In this document: piece after piece, positions 35,086 through 43,820 of the stretch | Layout of the letters: each line of letters begins with the position of its first letter | How positions within the stretch are numbered: position 1 is the stretch's first letter | Assembly (NCBI GenBank): GCA_028284185.1 | Contig: JANQSG010000018.1 | Location: 53,642 to 117,641 of the forward strand | Reading direction: 5' to 3' | Source of the DNA: Kangiella sp. | GTDB lineage: Bacteria > Pseudomonadota > Gammaproteobacteria > Enterobacterales > Kangiellaceae | DNA: 64,000 bases | The notes under the pieces: model-generated | What the model was told of the DNA's origin: nothing | What the model saw: only the letters and a program-made list of their open reading frames with translations | The model's database searches: none | Translations under genes and position numbers: made by a program

Positions 35086-36063
35086 ATGAAACAACCTGTT
35101 CGCGTTACAGTTACCGGTGCTGCCGGCCAAATTTGTTACTCATTATTATTCCGTATTGCCAGCGGTGAAATGCTGGGCAATGATCAGCCAGTAATTCTAA
35201 ACCTATTAGAAATTACGCCAGCTTTAAAAGTGTGTGAAGCGGTGGCGATGGAACTCAACGATTGTGCTTTCCCTTTGGTAAAAGATATCGTAGTAACTGA
35301 CGATCCTGCGGTTGCTTTTAAAGATGCACAAATTGGTTTGATGGTGGGCGCCAAGCCGCGTGGACCAGGTATGGAGCGTAAAGATTTGATTGCTGACAAC
35401 GGCAAAATCTTTAGTTCATTAGGGAAAGTGATTGATCAGGTTGCTGATAAAAATATCAAAATTTGTGTCGTGGGCAATCCAGCAAATACTAATGCCTTTA
35501 TCTTGGCGGCAAATGCTCCAAGCATCAATCAGCGTAACATTACTGCCCTAACTCGCCTTGATCACAATCGTGCTTTATATCAATTAGCTGAAAAGTCAGG
35601 TTCTGATATTGCTGATATCAAAAAAATGATCATCTGGGGTAACCACTCTGTTACTCAGGTTCCTGATATTGCATTTGCAACGGTTGCTGGCGATGCAGCA
35701 GCAGGCAAAGTTGATGCTGCCTGGGCCAAAGATGACTTTATGCCAACGGTTGCCAAGCGTGGCGCAGCGGTAATTGCAGCGCGTGGTTCTTCTTCAGCCG
35801 CTTCAGCCGCTAATGCAGTGTTAGATCATATGCGCGACTGGTGCTTAGGTTCAGAAGAAGGCGATTGGGTATCAATGGCGGTTCCATCCGATGGCAGCTA
35901 TGGTGTAGAAAAAGGTTTAATCTACTCATATCCTATTGTCTGCAAAGATGGTGATTACCAAATCGTTCAAGGCCTGGAAGTTTCAGATTTTATCAAAGGC
36001 AAGATGGATGAATCTGAGCAAGAACTTAAAGAAGAAAAAGCTACCGTAGCCGATTTAATTTAA
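35086..36063 (+). CDS. mdh: malate dehydrogenase (LDH-like type 2, about 325 aa)
   Basis: [40 protein letters not shown] and IWGNHS. Start set at the ATG at 35086. Confidence 0.95.
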   Translation: MKQPVRVTVTGAAGQICYSLLFRIASGEMLGNDQPVILNLLEITPALKVCEAVAMELNDCAFPLVKDIVVTDDPAVAFKDAQIGLMVGAKPRGPGMERKDLIADNGKIFSSLGKVIDQVADKNIKICVVGNPANTNAFILAANAPSINQRNITALTRLDHNRALYQLAEKSGSDIADIKKMIIWGNHSVTQVPDIAFATVAGDAAAGKVDAAWAKDDFMPTVAKRGAAVIAARGSSSAASAANAVLDHMRDWCLGSEEGDWVSMAVPSDGSYGVEKGLIYSYPIVCKDGDYQIVQGLEVSDFIKGKMDESEQELKEEKATVADLI

Positions 36064-36087
36064 TAAGTTACGACTTTCTGATAGATT

Positions 36088-36118
36088 AAAAGCCCAGCAT
36101 TTGCTGGGCTTTTTTATT
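36088..36118 (+). terminator. rho-independent terminator after mdh
   Basis: AGCCCAGC-ATTT-GCTGGGCT hairpin followed by TTTTTT. Confidence 0.8.
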
Positions 36119-36340
36119 TTTAAAGTAAATTGAATTTTTTTGCATCTAAATTGAGAACATTATGACTCTCATAGATAAACCAATATTATTTATAAATGCT
36201 GGTTTCTTATTGGTTTGGAAACTTAATTGTTACAAAGATTAATCAATAGACTTGATCAAGTTGGAATGAGACTTTCAGACAGAAGAGATAATGAGCGATG
36301 GCTTTGGCTATCAACTCTTCTGATCAAAAGGCTTTTACTA
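36110..36340 (+). repeat. Direct repeat A, copy 1 (about 230 bp, includes a hairpin indel of about 40 nt)
   Basis: Aligns by eye with 38051-38238. Shared strings are TTTTTATTTTTAAAGTAAATTGAATTTTTTGCATCTAAATTGA, AAACTTAATTGTTAC, ATTAATCAATAGACTTGATCAAG.TGGAATGAGACTTTCAGACAGAAG.GATAATGAGC.ATGGCTTTGGCTATCA.CTCTT.TGATCAAAA.GCTTTTA. Confidence 0.85.
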
Positions 36341-36386
36341 TTAAAATATTTAAAAATTAATACATACTAAGAAAGGAAGGCTAAGC

Positions 36387-37628
36387 ATGAAAATAAAAAT
36401 TCTACAACTAATTGCACTATTCTTTTTACAGGGCTTTTTTAGCAATGCTTATGGACAAACATCATTATGCAAAGACAATAGGAACTGGGAGACAATTCGG
36501 GATGAATATAAAGCTAAAATCTCCTCATTCGTAAAAAATAATGATCATAGAGGTTTGGGAGATTACCTGATTAATCAAACACGATATTTTTATTGTGCAG
36601 TACCGAGAAAACAAAGACTCCCTTTTTTGGATGATTTCATAAAAAACACCCCTCAAATAGATTATCTTTTGGGGCTTCATCAAAGTGAAGTAGCAGCTAC
36701 TAAAGAACCCTATGGTAAAGTAGGGCCAAAGCTTTACGGTAGGGCGATATGGCACCTTAATATTGCAGGAAGTAAAGGAATTAAAGAGGCGTATAAACAT
36801 ATAGGCGATATTATCCTGAAAGCACCTAGCATAGGCTATCCACGCTATAATGATTATGCCTATGTTTATGATATTATGAAATCTTTGGACTGGAGTGCTT
36901 ATAAGTTTGAAGATGAAGAAGAAAAGAAAGCGGCAGCTTATAGTTATTACATTTTCTACAAGCAATCCGGCTGGCCTGCTGATTATTATTCAACCGTAGC
37001 AGGCTCAAAATGGAAAAGCCTGGATCAGAAAGTCCAAAAACAATCGGTGGAAATGCAGCTTAAAGCTTATGAAGTCGGTAAAAAGCCAAAAGCTCTGTTT
37101 TTGGCAGCTGCGTCATTATACGCGGCTGTAACAAAAGATGCTGCAAATAAAAAAGAAAGATTATTGCAGTGGGTAAAAGAACTGGATAGTTTAAATTATG
37201 ACAAAACATACATTAAACATTTTATACCATTTTTAAATCGCTTTTACCCGAACGATTCAGTGCTGACAAAATGGAAAGAAAAAAGAAAAGCAGAGTTGGA
37301 GAATGTATCCGAAGGAGATAAACTGATTTTTCTTAACGGCTTTCATTTCCCGCAAAATAGTGACCATACCTGGAGAAAAGATTATAAAGGGCTATATGAA
37401 AGCAGTCTCTATGCTATTGTTGAGTTTGTTAACCCTAAAAACGGTAAGTTTAAAGTCAGAATCGAAGGAGATATGGGTATTGATGACGATAACATTCCCC
37501 GCTTATATAGCGTAGACAGTGCCGGAGCCAACAAGAAAGGATGGGACAGTTACAATGACCAGCATATTTATGACCCCTATATCTGGGTATCGCCCAACGA
37601 CCTGCGTTGGTGGAAGTCTGAGGAGTGA
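36387..37628 (+). CDS. hypothetical secreted protein (413 aa)
   Basis: Signal peptide MKIKILQLIALFFLQGFFSNAYG. Lys/Tyr-rich and AT-rich coding. No recognised domain. Lies between the two copies of repeat A. Confidence 0.6.
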   Translation: MKIKILQLIALFFLQGFFSNAYGQTSLCKDNRNWETIRDEYKAKISSFVKNNDHRGLGDYLINQTRYFYCAVPRKQRLPFLDDFIKNTPQIDYLLGLHQSEVAATKEPYGKVGPKLYGRAIWHLNIAGSKGIKEAYKHIGDIILKAPSIGYPRYNDYAYVYDIMKSLDWSAYKFEDEEEKKAAAYSYYIFYKQSGWPADYYSTVAGSKWKSLDQKVQKQSVEMQLKAYEVGKKPKALFLAAASLYAAVTKDAANKKERLLQWVKELDSLNYDKTYIKHFIPFLNRFYPNDSVLTKWKEKRKAELENVSEGDKLIFLNGFHFPQNSDHTWRKDYKGLYESSLYAIVEFVNPKNGKFKVRIEGDMGIDDDNIPRLYSVDSAGANKKGWDSYNDQHIYDPYIWVSPNDLRWWKSEE

Positions 37629-37694
37629 GCATATTATATAGAATTGAGTTGTGTATAATTTAAGAAAACTCATGAATCAAACCAAAACAGCGAT

Positions 37695-37948
37695 GGGCAA
37701 TTTGGATAATCAAGACTACAAAAATTGTTAACATTCCAAATACGCCAAACAGCCCCGTTAAATTATCTCCCGGTAAGGACAGTATTGCTGGGATAAATAA
37801 TACTGAAATCACCTTCCTATCACAATCATCAACACCATCGAGGCAAAAAATCCAAATGTCGTCAAAGTGGGCCGGAAAAATAACGACAACATAATCATAT
37901 AACCTGCTGAGTGAATCTTGCCAGCCTTTATCAACTAAATTGTAACAA
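37695..37948 (+). pseudogene. Decayed 3' relic of a beta-lactamase-fold serine hydrolase gene (paralog of the 44835..48770 C-terminus)
   Basis: The stop-ridden plus-strand frame reads ..NQDYKNC*..KYAKQPR*..GQYCW....NVVKVGRKNNDNIII*..ILPAFIN*. The intact gene reads NQGYGYFWW..SYFAASAQGGGGQYII..MVVVTAHDNDN..ILPAFIN*. The last 36 nt plus the downstream tail match at the DNA level. Confidence 0.45.
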
Positions 37949-38008
37949 TAATAAACAAGCTGCTACCAAACATTATGAAAATCTAAACAATGAGAAAATA
38001 TGTTTTAT
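37913..38008 (+). repeat. Tail repeat, copy 1 (last codons of the hydrolase gene plus about 60 nt downstream)
   Basis: ATCTTGCCAGCCTTTATCAACTAAATTGTAACAATAATAAACAAGCTGCTACCAAACATTATGAAAATCTAAACAATGAGAAAATATGTTTTAT matches 48747-48840 at most positions, as judged by eye. Confidence 0.7.
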
Positions 38009-38050
38009 TTAAATAAAATAATATTTTGTTAGAAAGCTGATTTTTATCGG

Positions 38051-38238
38051 TTTTTTTATTTTTAAAGTAAATTGAATTTTTTGCATCTAAATTGAAACTA
38101 TTGTGACTCTTATAAGAAACTTAATTGTTACGAATATTAATCAATAGACTTGATCAAGCTGGAATGAGACTTTCAGACAGAAGTGATAATGAGCTATGGC
38201 TTTGGCTATCAGCTCTTTTGATCAAAAAGCTTTTATAC
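38051..38238 (+). repeat. Direct repeat A, copy 2
   Basis: See copy 1. By my estimate about nine in ten positions are identical outside the indel. Confidence 0.85.
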
Positions 38239-38459
38239 TGATTATTGACCGCTATCAGTCTATGAACAGGCAGTTATTAACATTAATTAGCATGGCAGTT
38301 GATAGTTTTATATGGAGTAGAGCAGTATCAGGAAGGTGCTCGTTACTATCGAAGAATCTGAACTAACGCAAACACTTTAAAAAGACTGTTTTAAACATAA
38401 GCGCCCGTGTTTTTCAGTCAATAATATTAAATAGGGTGATTAGATTAAAGGTAATAAAA

Positions 38460-38870
38460 ATGAAAAAGATTATTCTTATAGCATTGGTTGTTTCTGTTTT
38501 GTCGGCTTGTCAGTTTCTGCCTCAGGGTGATTACATTAGACCTTCTGATATATTGGCTGATAGAGATAAATTAATGGGCACGGTTGTAAACGTTACTGGT
38601 TTTGTAGTTTGTAATGGTGATTTTTGTCAAGTGTATGAGAAGAAATCAAGAATAGGAATACCGGAAGGGGCTAGAGTAGGCCTAAAAATAGATAAACTTC
38701 CCCATGCAGATAAAAAGTTTTTTATGAATGACTGTACCATGTCTGCAAAGGATATGTGTACTTTGAAGTTGACAGGACAATTAAAAAAAGGGGCTCTTCC
38801 ATCTACTCCTGATATTCAAGTAACAGCTATTCAGAAACTGGGAGTTACTGGTTTATTAGGTTCATTCTAA
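38460..38870 (+). CDS. hypothetical lipoprotein (136 aa)
   Basis: Lipobox in MKKIILIALVVSVLSAC. Start set at the ATG at 38460 rather than the GTG at 38436. Several Cys residues. No recognised family. Confidence 0.6.
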   Translation: MKKIILIALVVSVLSACQFLPQGDYIRPSDILADRDKLMGTVVNVTGFVVCNGDFCQVYEKKSRIGIPEGARVGLKIDKLPHADKKFFMNDCTMSAKDMCTLKLTGQLKKGALPSTPDIQVTAIQKLGVTGLLGSF

Positions 38871-38998
38871 ACAATTAGAATTATAGGTGGGTGAAAACCT
38901 CTAATATCATCCTTATGATTATAAGTTTTAAACCATTCTATTTTTAATATGTAAAGAGGATTAGTTAGTGAATGTGGGGTGTGCCTAGTTAACACTCC

Positions 38999-39042
38999 AC
39001 TGGCTTTTACTATTAAAAAATATTCCCTTAGAAAAAATTAAT
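38999..39042 (+). repeat. Partial third copy of the 3' end of repeat A, upstream of the CPBP gene
   Basis: GGCTTTTACTATTAAAA is a 17-nt exact match to 36330-36346. It is followed by related TATT..AAAAATTAAT. Confidence 0.5.
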
Positions 39043-39112
39043 CTCAATAACGGAAAAATAAGAATAGCAAGAAAATTACCTGTTCTTTATTCGTACAGAC
39101 AAGAAGCTCTAC

Positions 39113-39823
39113 ATGGCGACAAAAGATAGTAGATCAAGATTGTATAAAATAAAAATATTGGCTGAAATTTTATTGGTGTTGACAGTCGTTTTTGGTATTA
39201 AATGGATTACAGATTATTTTAAAATTATTGGCGCTGGATCAATAGCAATTTGGTTTGGAATAATTACCGCCACCTTTTTTATGAAGCAAAGAAAGATTCG
39301 TTGGTATGATTTTGGACTTATGTGGCCAAAAGGAAGAAAACAATGGCTTATTCAAATAGGGTTGGGTTTTGTTGCAATTATTTCTATAATTTTTATCACA
39401 GCATTAATACTTTTTGTGATAGAGCCCATTTTTGGAATAGAACGAGCTCCAGATGCTGCCGATCGTTTCAACTTCTTTTTGGGAAAGCCTATAGTATTTA
39501 TAACTTATCTGGTAACTATTGTCTGGTTTGGTGCTGGTCTAGGAGAAGAGCTACTTATGAGAGGATTCGTGTTAAATCAATTAAAATGCTTTATAGGAAA
39601 TTATAAACTAGGATGGGTAGTAGCTATTATTCTACATTCTATCCTATTTGGATACATGCATAGCTATCAAGGATCTGCTGGCATGATTATTACAGGATTT
39701 ATTAGTTTTTTCTTTGGTTTAATTTATTTATTTTCCGGACGGAAACTTTTTCCAGTAGTTTTTGCCCATATTATTTTTGATACTACTACCATGCTAGCTT
39801 TCTACCTTAATAATGGAGCATAA
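39113..39823 (+). CDS. CPBP family intramembrane glutamic endopeptidase (CAAX protease/Abi-like)
   Basis: GLGEELLMRGF (EExxxR), FGYMHSY (FxxxH) and FAHIIFD (HxxxD/N) in a multi-TM protein. Confidence 0.8.
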   Translation: MATKDSRSRLYKIKILAEILLVLTVVFGIKWITDYFKIIGAGSIAIWFGIITATFFMKQRKIRWYDFGLMWPKGRKQWLIQIGLGFVAIISIIFITALILFVIEPIFGIERAPDAADRFNFFLGKPIVFITYLVTIVWFGAGLGEELLMRGFVLNQLKCFIGNYKLGWVVAIILHSILFGYMHSYQGSAGMIITGFISFFFGLIYLFSGRKLFPVVFAHIIFDTTTMLAFYLNNGA

Positions 39824-39906
39824 GAATAATTTCTATTCTTTTAAGTCAGAAATATTTAAGCCAAACAGATCACTAAAGTACTATAATTATTTTAAAGGAG
39901 TTCACT

Positions 39907-41349
39907 ATGAACAAGCTAATAATTTCATTGCTTATTGTTTTATTATTAACAACACAAGTGGGAGCGGACGAAAAGAAAGAAAAAGAAACAAAAGAAAAAC
40001 CAGCAGTTATTTTTTCTACCTATTATGGAGGTGCCGGTACTGATGACTGCGATGCAATCGCTGTAGACCTTGTCGGGAATTCATACCTAGGTTGTCATTC
40101 AAATACGCTGCGCCTGCCCGGCGGAAGTGAGCAGGCATACAAGTTTGGCGGCAAAATGGATGCGTTTGTTGTAAAACTGAACAAACAAGGCAATAAGGTA
40201 AATTACCTGACTCATTTGAGGGGTTCCAAGTGGGAAGCTGTACAAGGATTGGCCACAGACTCAGCGGGTAACCTCTACGCAGTGGGGACCACTTACTCAC
40301 ATGATTTTCCTGTAAGTGCTGGTGCATTTCAAACCACTTTCGGAGGCAAAAGCGATGCGTTTGTAGTGAAACTTAACCCTGATGGAAAAGTGGCATGGTC
40401 AACATTTTTGGGGGGAAGTGCTGACGAGGATGGTCGAGATATTTCTATTGATCAACAAGGCAGAGTGCATATTGTAGGGCGCACAAAATCAAGCAATTTC
40501 CCAACCAAGAATGCACTGCAGATTCAATCGGGAGGGGGAATTGACGTATTTTTTGCAACGCTTGATGCTGACGGGAAAATGATTGCCGCCTCCTACTTAG
40601 GCGGCATCGGTGATGATATTGGTGCTGCAATCAAACTAGACAAAACTGGACGAAGATACCTTAGTGGCACTACTGATTCTTCAGATTTCCCTGTAAAGAA
40701 CGCATTACAAGCTAAACATCAAGGTGATGATGATTTATTTGTAGCGGTAATCAATGAAGCAGGTTCGATTCTTGAATTTGCCAGTTACCTGGGGGGAAGC
40801 GGAACCGATAAAGGGTATGATATTGGTTTAATGCCTTCTGGTGATTTGTTGGTTATGGGAGGCACCAAGTCAGAGAACTTTCCAACCACAGAGGGTGCTT
40901 TTCAGAAAATACTATCCGGTGAAAGTGACATCTTTGTTGCTCGGGTTAACCTGCAGGAACCGCATCTTGTCTACTCGACTTTTGTGGGGGGAGAGAAAGG
41001 CGAGGAACCTAAAAGACTTGTCGTTGATCATAATGGCAGGGGCTATGTCGTTGGTAAAACCGCCTCGCACAATTTCCCTACGACTAATGGTTTACAAATA
41101 AAGTTGCAGGGAAGAGCCGACGCATTTGTTACGGTACTCGACCCTACGGGAACAAGTCTTGCCTACTCCAATCTTTTTGGCGGAGGAGGTTTAGACGTCT
41201 TTGAAGATGTTGCTATCGGTGCTGATACTACTTTAACCATGTCAGGTTTATCAAACTCTACGAATTTCCCATTGCTAAATCCTCTACAGAGTACCTTCAA
41301 GGGGGGACGATTTGACATAATAGTAACGCGTATTACGATTCCCTATTAA
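39907..41349 (+). CDS. secreted SBBP-type beta-propeller repeat protein (seven blades)
   Basis: Signal peptide, then seven units of about 58 aa each. Each unit has (S/T)(Y/F)LGG...D.G..I..D..G..Y..G.T.S.(N/D)FP....A.Q.....G..DAFV.KL. Confidence 0.8.
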   Translation: MNKLIISLLIVLLLTTQVGADEKKEKETKEKPAVIFSTYYGGAGTDDCDAIAVDLVGNSYLGCHSNTLRLPGGSEQAYKFGGKMDAFVVKLNKQGNKVNYLTHLRGSKWEAVQGLATDSAGNLYAVGTTYSHDFPVSAGAFQTTFGGKSDAFVVKLNPDGKVAWSTFLGGSADEDGRDISIDQQGRVHIVGRTKSSNFPTKNALQIQSGGGIDVFFATLDADGKMIAASYLGGIGDDIGAAIKLDKTGRRYLSGTTDSSDFPVKNALQAKHQGDDDLFVAVINEAGSILEFASYLGGSGTDKGYDIGLMPSGDLLVMGGTKSENFPTTEGAFQKILSGESDIFVARVNLQEPHLVYSTFVGGEKGEEPKRLVVDHNGRGYVVGKTASHNFPTTNGLQIKLQGRADAFVTVLDPTGTSLAYSNLFGGGGLDVFEDVAIGADTTLTMSGLSNSTNFPLLNPLQSTFKGGRFDIIVTRITIPY

Positions 41350-41399
41350 GAGAGTAAATGTTAACGCAAAGATTAACTCTTGCCTGATTTTTAAATTTG

Positions 41400-41453
41400 A
41401 TCCCTGCTTACGCAGGGATGATAACCAATCTTAGATTCCAACTTTCATTGGAA
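41400..41453. repeat. REP-like hairpins (ATCCCTGC-TTAC-GCAGGGAT and TTCCAA-CTTTCA-TTGGAA)
   Basis: Stems read directly at 41400-41419 and 41436-41453. The first is the same family as 4232-4251. Confidence 0.55.
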
Positions 41454-41462
41454 CGATATTTG

Positions 41463-41570
41463 ATATTAAATGAACCAATCTCCTTTTTGCTTCGTCTTGT
41501 TAGTAAAGGCATAAAATAAACAGTATGAAAACGAGTCGCGAAGAGTTTTCAGCACAAGCAGGCAATGAAG
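41463..41570 (+). repeat. Duplicate of the ECF sigma promoter and first ~15 codons (copy 1, orphan)
   Basis: Matches 49106-49217 and carries a 9-nt deletion relative to it. Similarity ends abruptly after GGCAATGAAG. Confidence 0.85.
41471..41496 (+). promoter_or_regulatory. ECF-type promoter motif TGAACC-N16-CGTC (orphan copy)
   Basis: TGAACC at 41471-41476, a 16-nt spacer, then CGTC at 41493-41496. Both hexamer-like elements are identical to the copy at 49114-49139, while the spacer differs. Confidence 0.4.
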
Positions 41571-41620
41571 CTATTTCCACGAGCTGGATGGCAACAAGCA
41601 AATGTGCTTTGTATAGTTGA
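41525..41620 (+). pseudogene. Truncated 31-codon stub of the ECF sigma gene
   Basis: MKTSREEFSAQAGNEAISTSWMATSKCALYS* compared with the intact MKTSREELLVISAQAGNEVALA... Confidence 0.6.
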
Positions 41621-41684
41621 ATAAAGCCTATTCACAAGATTTTGGGTCATTGGGTTCAGAATTTTTAATTGATGTTTATAGATA

Positions 41685-43820
41685 TTATTGACTGACAGTC
41701 AATTCCACCACTTCTTTTTTAGCGGCCACTTGTTTGGTTATTAACAGTTGGGTTTGATTGACATCGGTCAGGTAATCGACGTCTTCACGCACCGCCCCCA
41801 ATACAGTAAACGTTTCACTGTCCAGATCATAGGACCACAATTGGTGATTGCTGTTGATGGCGTATATCGTATTGTTTCGTATCACGAAGGTGGCGGCCCG
41901 GTCTCCTTGATTGTTTAAGGCTGTAATGGGTTGCGGTTCAGCGGGCCCAGGTTGCCAAAATTGATCCAACTGATCCTTGTAAATCAAGCGGCCATCGGCG
42001 GTTTTCAGCGCCCATTGGATGGATTCATCGGTGATCACTCTGAAGGTTGATTGGATCAAATCGTATTCAACGAATTGGATGATGCCTCGTATGCGTACCA
42101 GTAATAAGGCTTGCTTGTTCTCACTGTCCCACTGGAACAGTTGCACCACAGAATGTGGCATTGGAAAATCTTGTTGCTTACCGTCCAGATGAACTTGGGT
42201 GAGTACGCCATTGGCGTTGACCAACAGGCTTTGGCCGTCTTTCGCCCAATCAATGCCACGGATATAGGTGTCGGTAGGAAAGTGGGTGAGTTGTCGTGGT
42301 GTTTGGCCATTGCTGACCCACAGTTGCTGTTCGCCAGATCGTTTTGACCAGAAAGCAATCAACTCGCCATCGGGTTGGAACATTGCATAATCCTCACCAA
42401 GGATGGAACGCTCAAAAGGTGTGTATGTCTCAGTCGCTGCCATTTGATTGCTTGCGTCGTCGGTCAATGTATCCAAAGGCATTAACACAATGTCACTGTC
42501 ATACGCCCCTTTGATCATGAGCAAACGGTTGCCTTCAGGGTGAAACACGGGTTGAATCATCTGGTCGGTAAAGGGCAGGTTAATTTTATCGATTTGACCA
42601 TCGTATGAAAGAGTGAACAGTTGTCTGCCAGTGCTGAAGATCAGTTGGTCATTCAACGGGTCAAAATTCGGACGGATGCGACGAAATTTGGCAATCTCTG
42701 GCGGCTGCTTGATCAAGTGACTGGATAACAGGCTGCCGTCAGGTTTGAGCATTTCGATGTATTGCTGACCATCGCTGTGGATGCGGTTCACCGCAAGCAA
42801 ATCTTTTTGCGCAGAATAAGCATAGTCGATGAGGGTGCCGTCGGTTGGGTTGTACAGGTCGGTGCTGGTGTTGTTACTGATTGAATAGTTAATCAGCCTC
42901 CAGCGCTTGGTTTGCCTTTGTAACAGGGCTATGTTGTCATCGCCGATCCATTGGGGTTTGACGGTTTTGTATTTTTTGCATTGCAGCAGCACGTTCGGCT
43001 GCTGTGGGTTTTGTAAGGCTTCGGTAAAATCCAAAGACACCAAATCAAAGCAATCCGTTTGGGTCACCGGTTCATCACAGGCTTCGGTGGCAAAAAACAC
43101 CAGTTGCTGACCATCCGGTGAAAAGTCATGACTGCCATAAGCACCCCAATCTTTGGTCAGTTGGATCTCTTGTTGGGTCTCGATGTGTTTGGCCCAAACC
43201 TTATTGATGCACAACTTACCTAAATACCGATGGAATACAATGTATTGACCGTCCGGTGAATAGCTTGCATCAAACTCCTTGTCGTCAGTGGCGGTCAGTG
43301 AGCGTAAGGTATCAAAAGTGATTGTGGATGATGGTTCAGGTGCCAGGAACTTGGCCCCCAATACCCCCAACAGCAAAATGGCAGCAGCAACAACCATCGG
43401 TTTATATGCTGACCTTGAAGTTTGAGGCTGATTGGCTTTCTCAGAGCTGCTGTCATCAAGACCATGACTGTCTAAAGTGTTGGGTCCGCTCGGGTCGGTA
43501 TGATCATGCCACCTGACATCGCACTCCAGGCTGTAACCTCGTTTGGCATGGGTTTTGATGTAGGCTTGGCCTTTGCCATCATCGCCAAGCGCCCGTCGCA
43601 GTTGGGCGATGCTTCGTTGTAAGGTATTGGGTGAAACGATGGTGTCTGGCCAGACCTGGGCCAACAAATCATCTTGACTGACCACCTGGCCTTGATTTTC
43701 CGCCAGACAGGTCAGTACCGCCAGTGCTTTGGGTGCCAGAGTTTGGGTTTGTTGGTTTTGGGTGATTTGATTTCTGGATAAATCAATATAAAAACCACCG
43801 ATCCAATACTGTTTTGTCAT
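41685..43820 (-). CDS. CadC/ToxR-like membrane-bound transcriptional regulator with a periplasmic TolB-like (PD40) beta-propeller domain
   Basis: N-terminal OmpR/PhoB-type winged helix (LAPKALAVLTCLAENQGQVVSQDDLLAQVWPD...LQRSIAQLRRALGDD...GYSLE). One TM (MVVAAAILLLGVLGAKFLA). PD40 motifs YSPDGQYIVF, FSPDGQQLVF and FQPDGELIAF. Start set at MTKQYWIGGFYIDL (ATG at 43820). Confidence 0.8.
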   Translation of the reverse strand: MTKQYWIGGFYIDLSRNQITQNQQTQTLAPKALAVLTCLAENQGQVVSQDDLLAQVWPDTIVSPNTLQRSIAQLRRALGDDGKGQAYIKTHAKRGYSLECDVRWHDHTDPSGPNTLDSHGLDDSSSEKANQPQTSRSAYKPMVVAAAILLLGVLGAKFLAPEPSSTITFDTLRSLTATDDKEFDASYSPDGQYIVFHRYLGKLCINKVWAKHIETQQEIQLTKDWGAYGSHDFSPDGQQLVFFATEACDEPVTQTDCFDLVSLDFTEALQNPQQPNVLLQCKKYKTVKPQWIGDDNIALLQRQTKRWRLINYSISNNTSTDLYNPTDGTLIDYAYSAQKDLLAVNRIHSDGQQYIEMLKPDGSLLSSHLIKQPPEIAKFRRIRPNFDPLNDQLIFSTGRQLFTLSYDGQIDKINLPFTDQMIQPVFHPEGNRLLMIKGAYDSDIVLMPLDTLTDDASNQMAATETYTPFERSILGEDYAMFQPDGELIAFWSKRSGEQQLWVSNGQTPRQLTHFPTDTYIRGIDWAKDGQSLLVNANGVLTQVHLDGKQQDFPMPHSVVQLFQWDSENKQALLLVRIRGIIQFVEYDLIQSTFRVITDESIQWALKTADGRLIYKDQLDQFWQPGPAEPQPITALNNQGDRAATFVIRNNTIYAINSNHQLWSYDLDSETFTVLGAVREDVDYLTDVNQTQLLITKQVAAKKEVVELTVSQ

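Noticed and set aside
36266-36370. Small ORF inside repeat A (MRLSDRRDNERWLWLSTLLIKRLL...), also present in copy 2 at 38164-38241
   Set aside because: Four of the five nucleotide differences between the copies are nonsynonymous, and the two ORFs end at different points. That pattern does not suggest a conserved peptide.
37660-37962. A 100-codon open frame on the minus strand with a TM-like C-terminus (..LTGLFGVFGMLTIFVVLIIQIAH..)
   Set aside because: It has no ATG, and only a late GTG as a possible start. The same DNA is better explained as a decayed plus-strand relic homologous to the hydrolase gene's 3' end.
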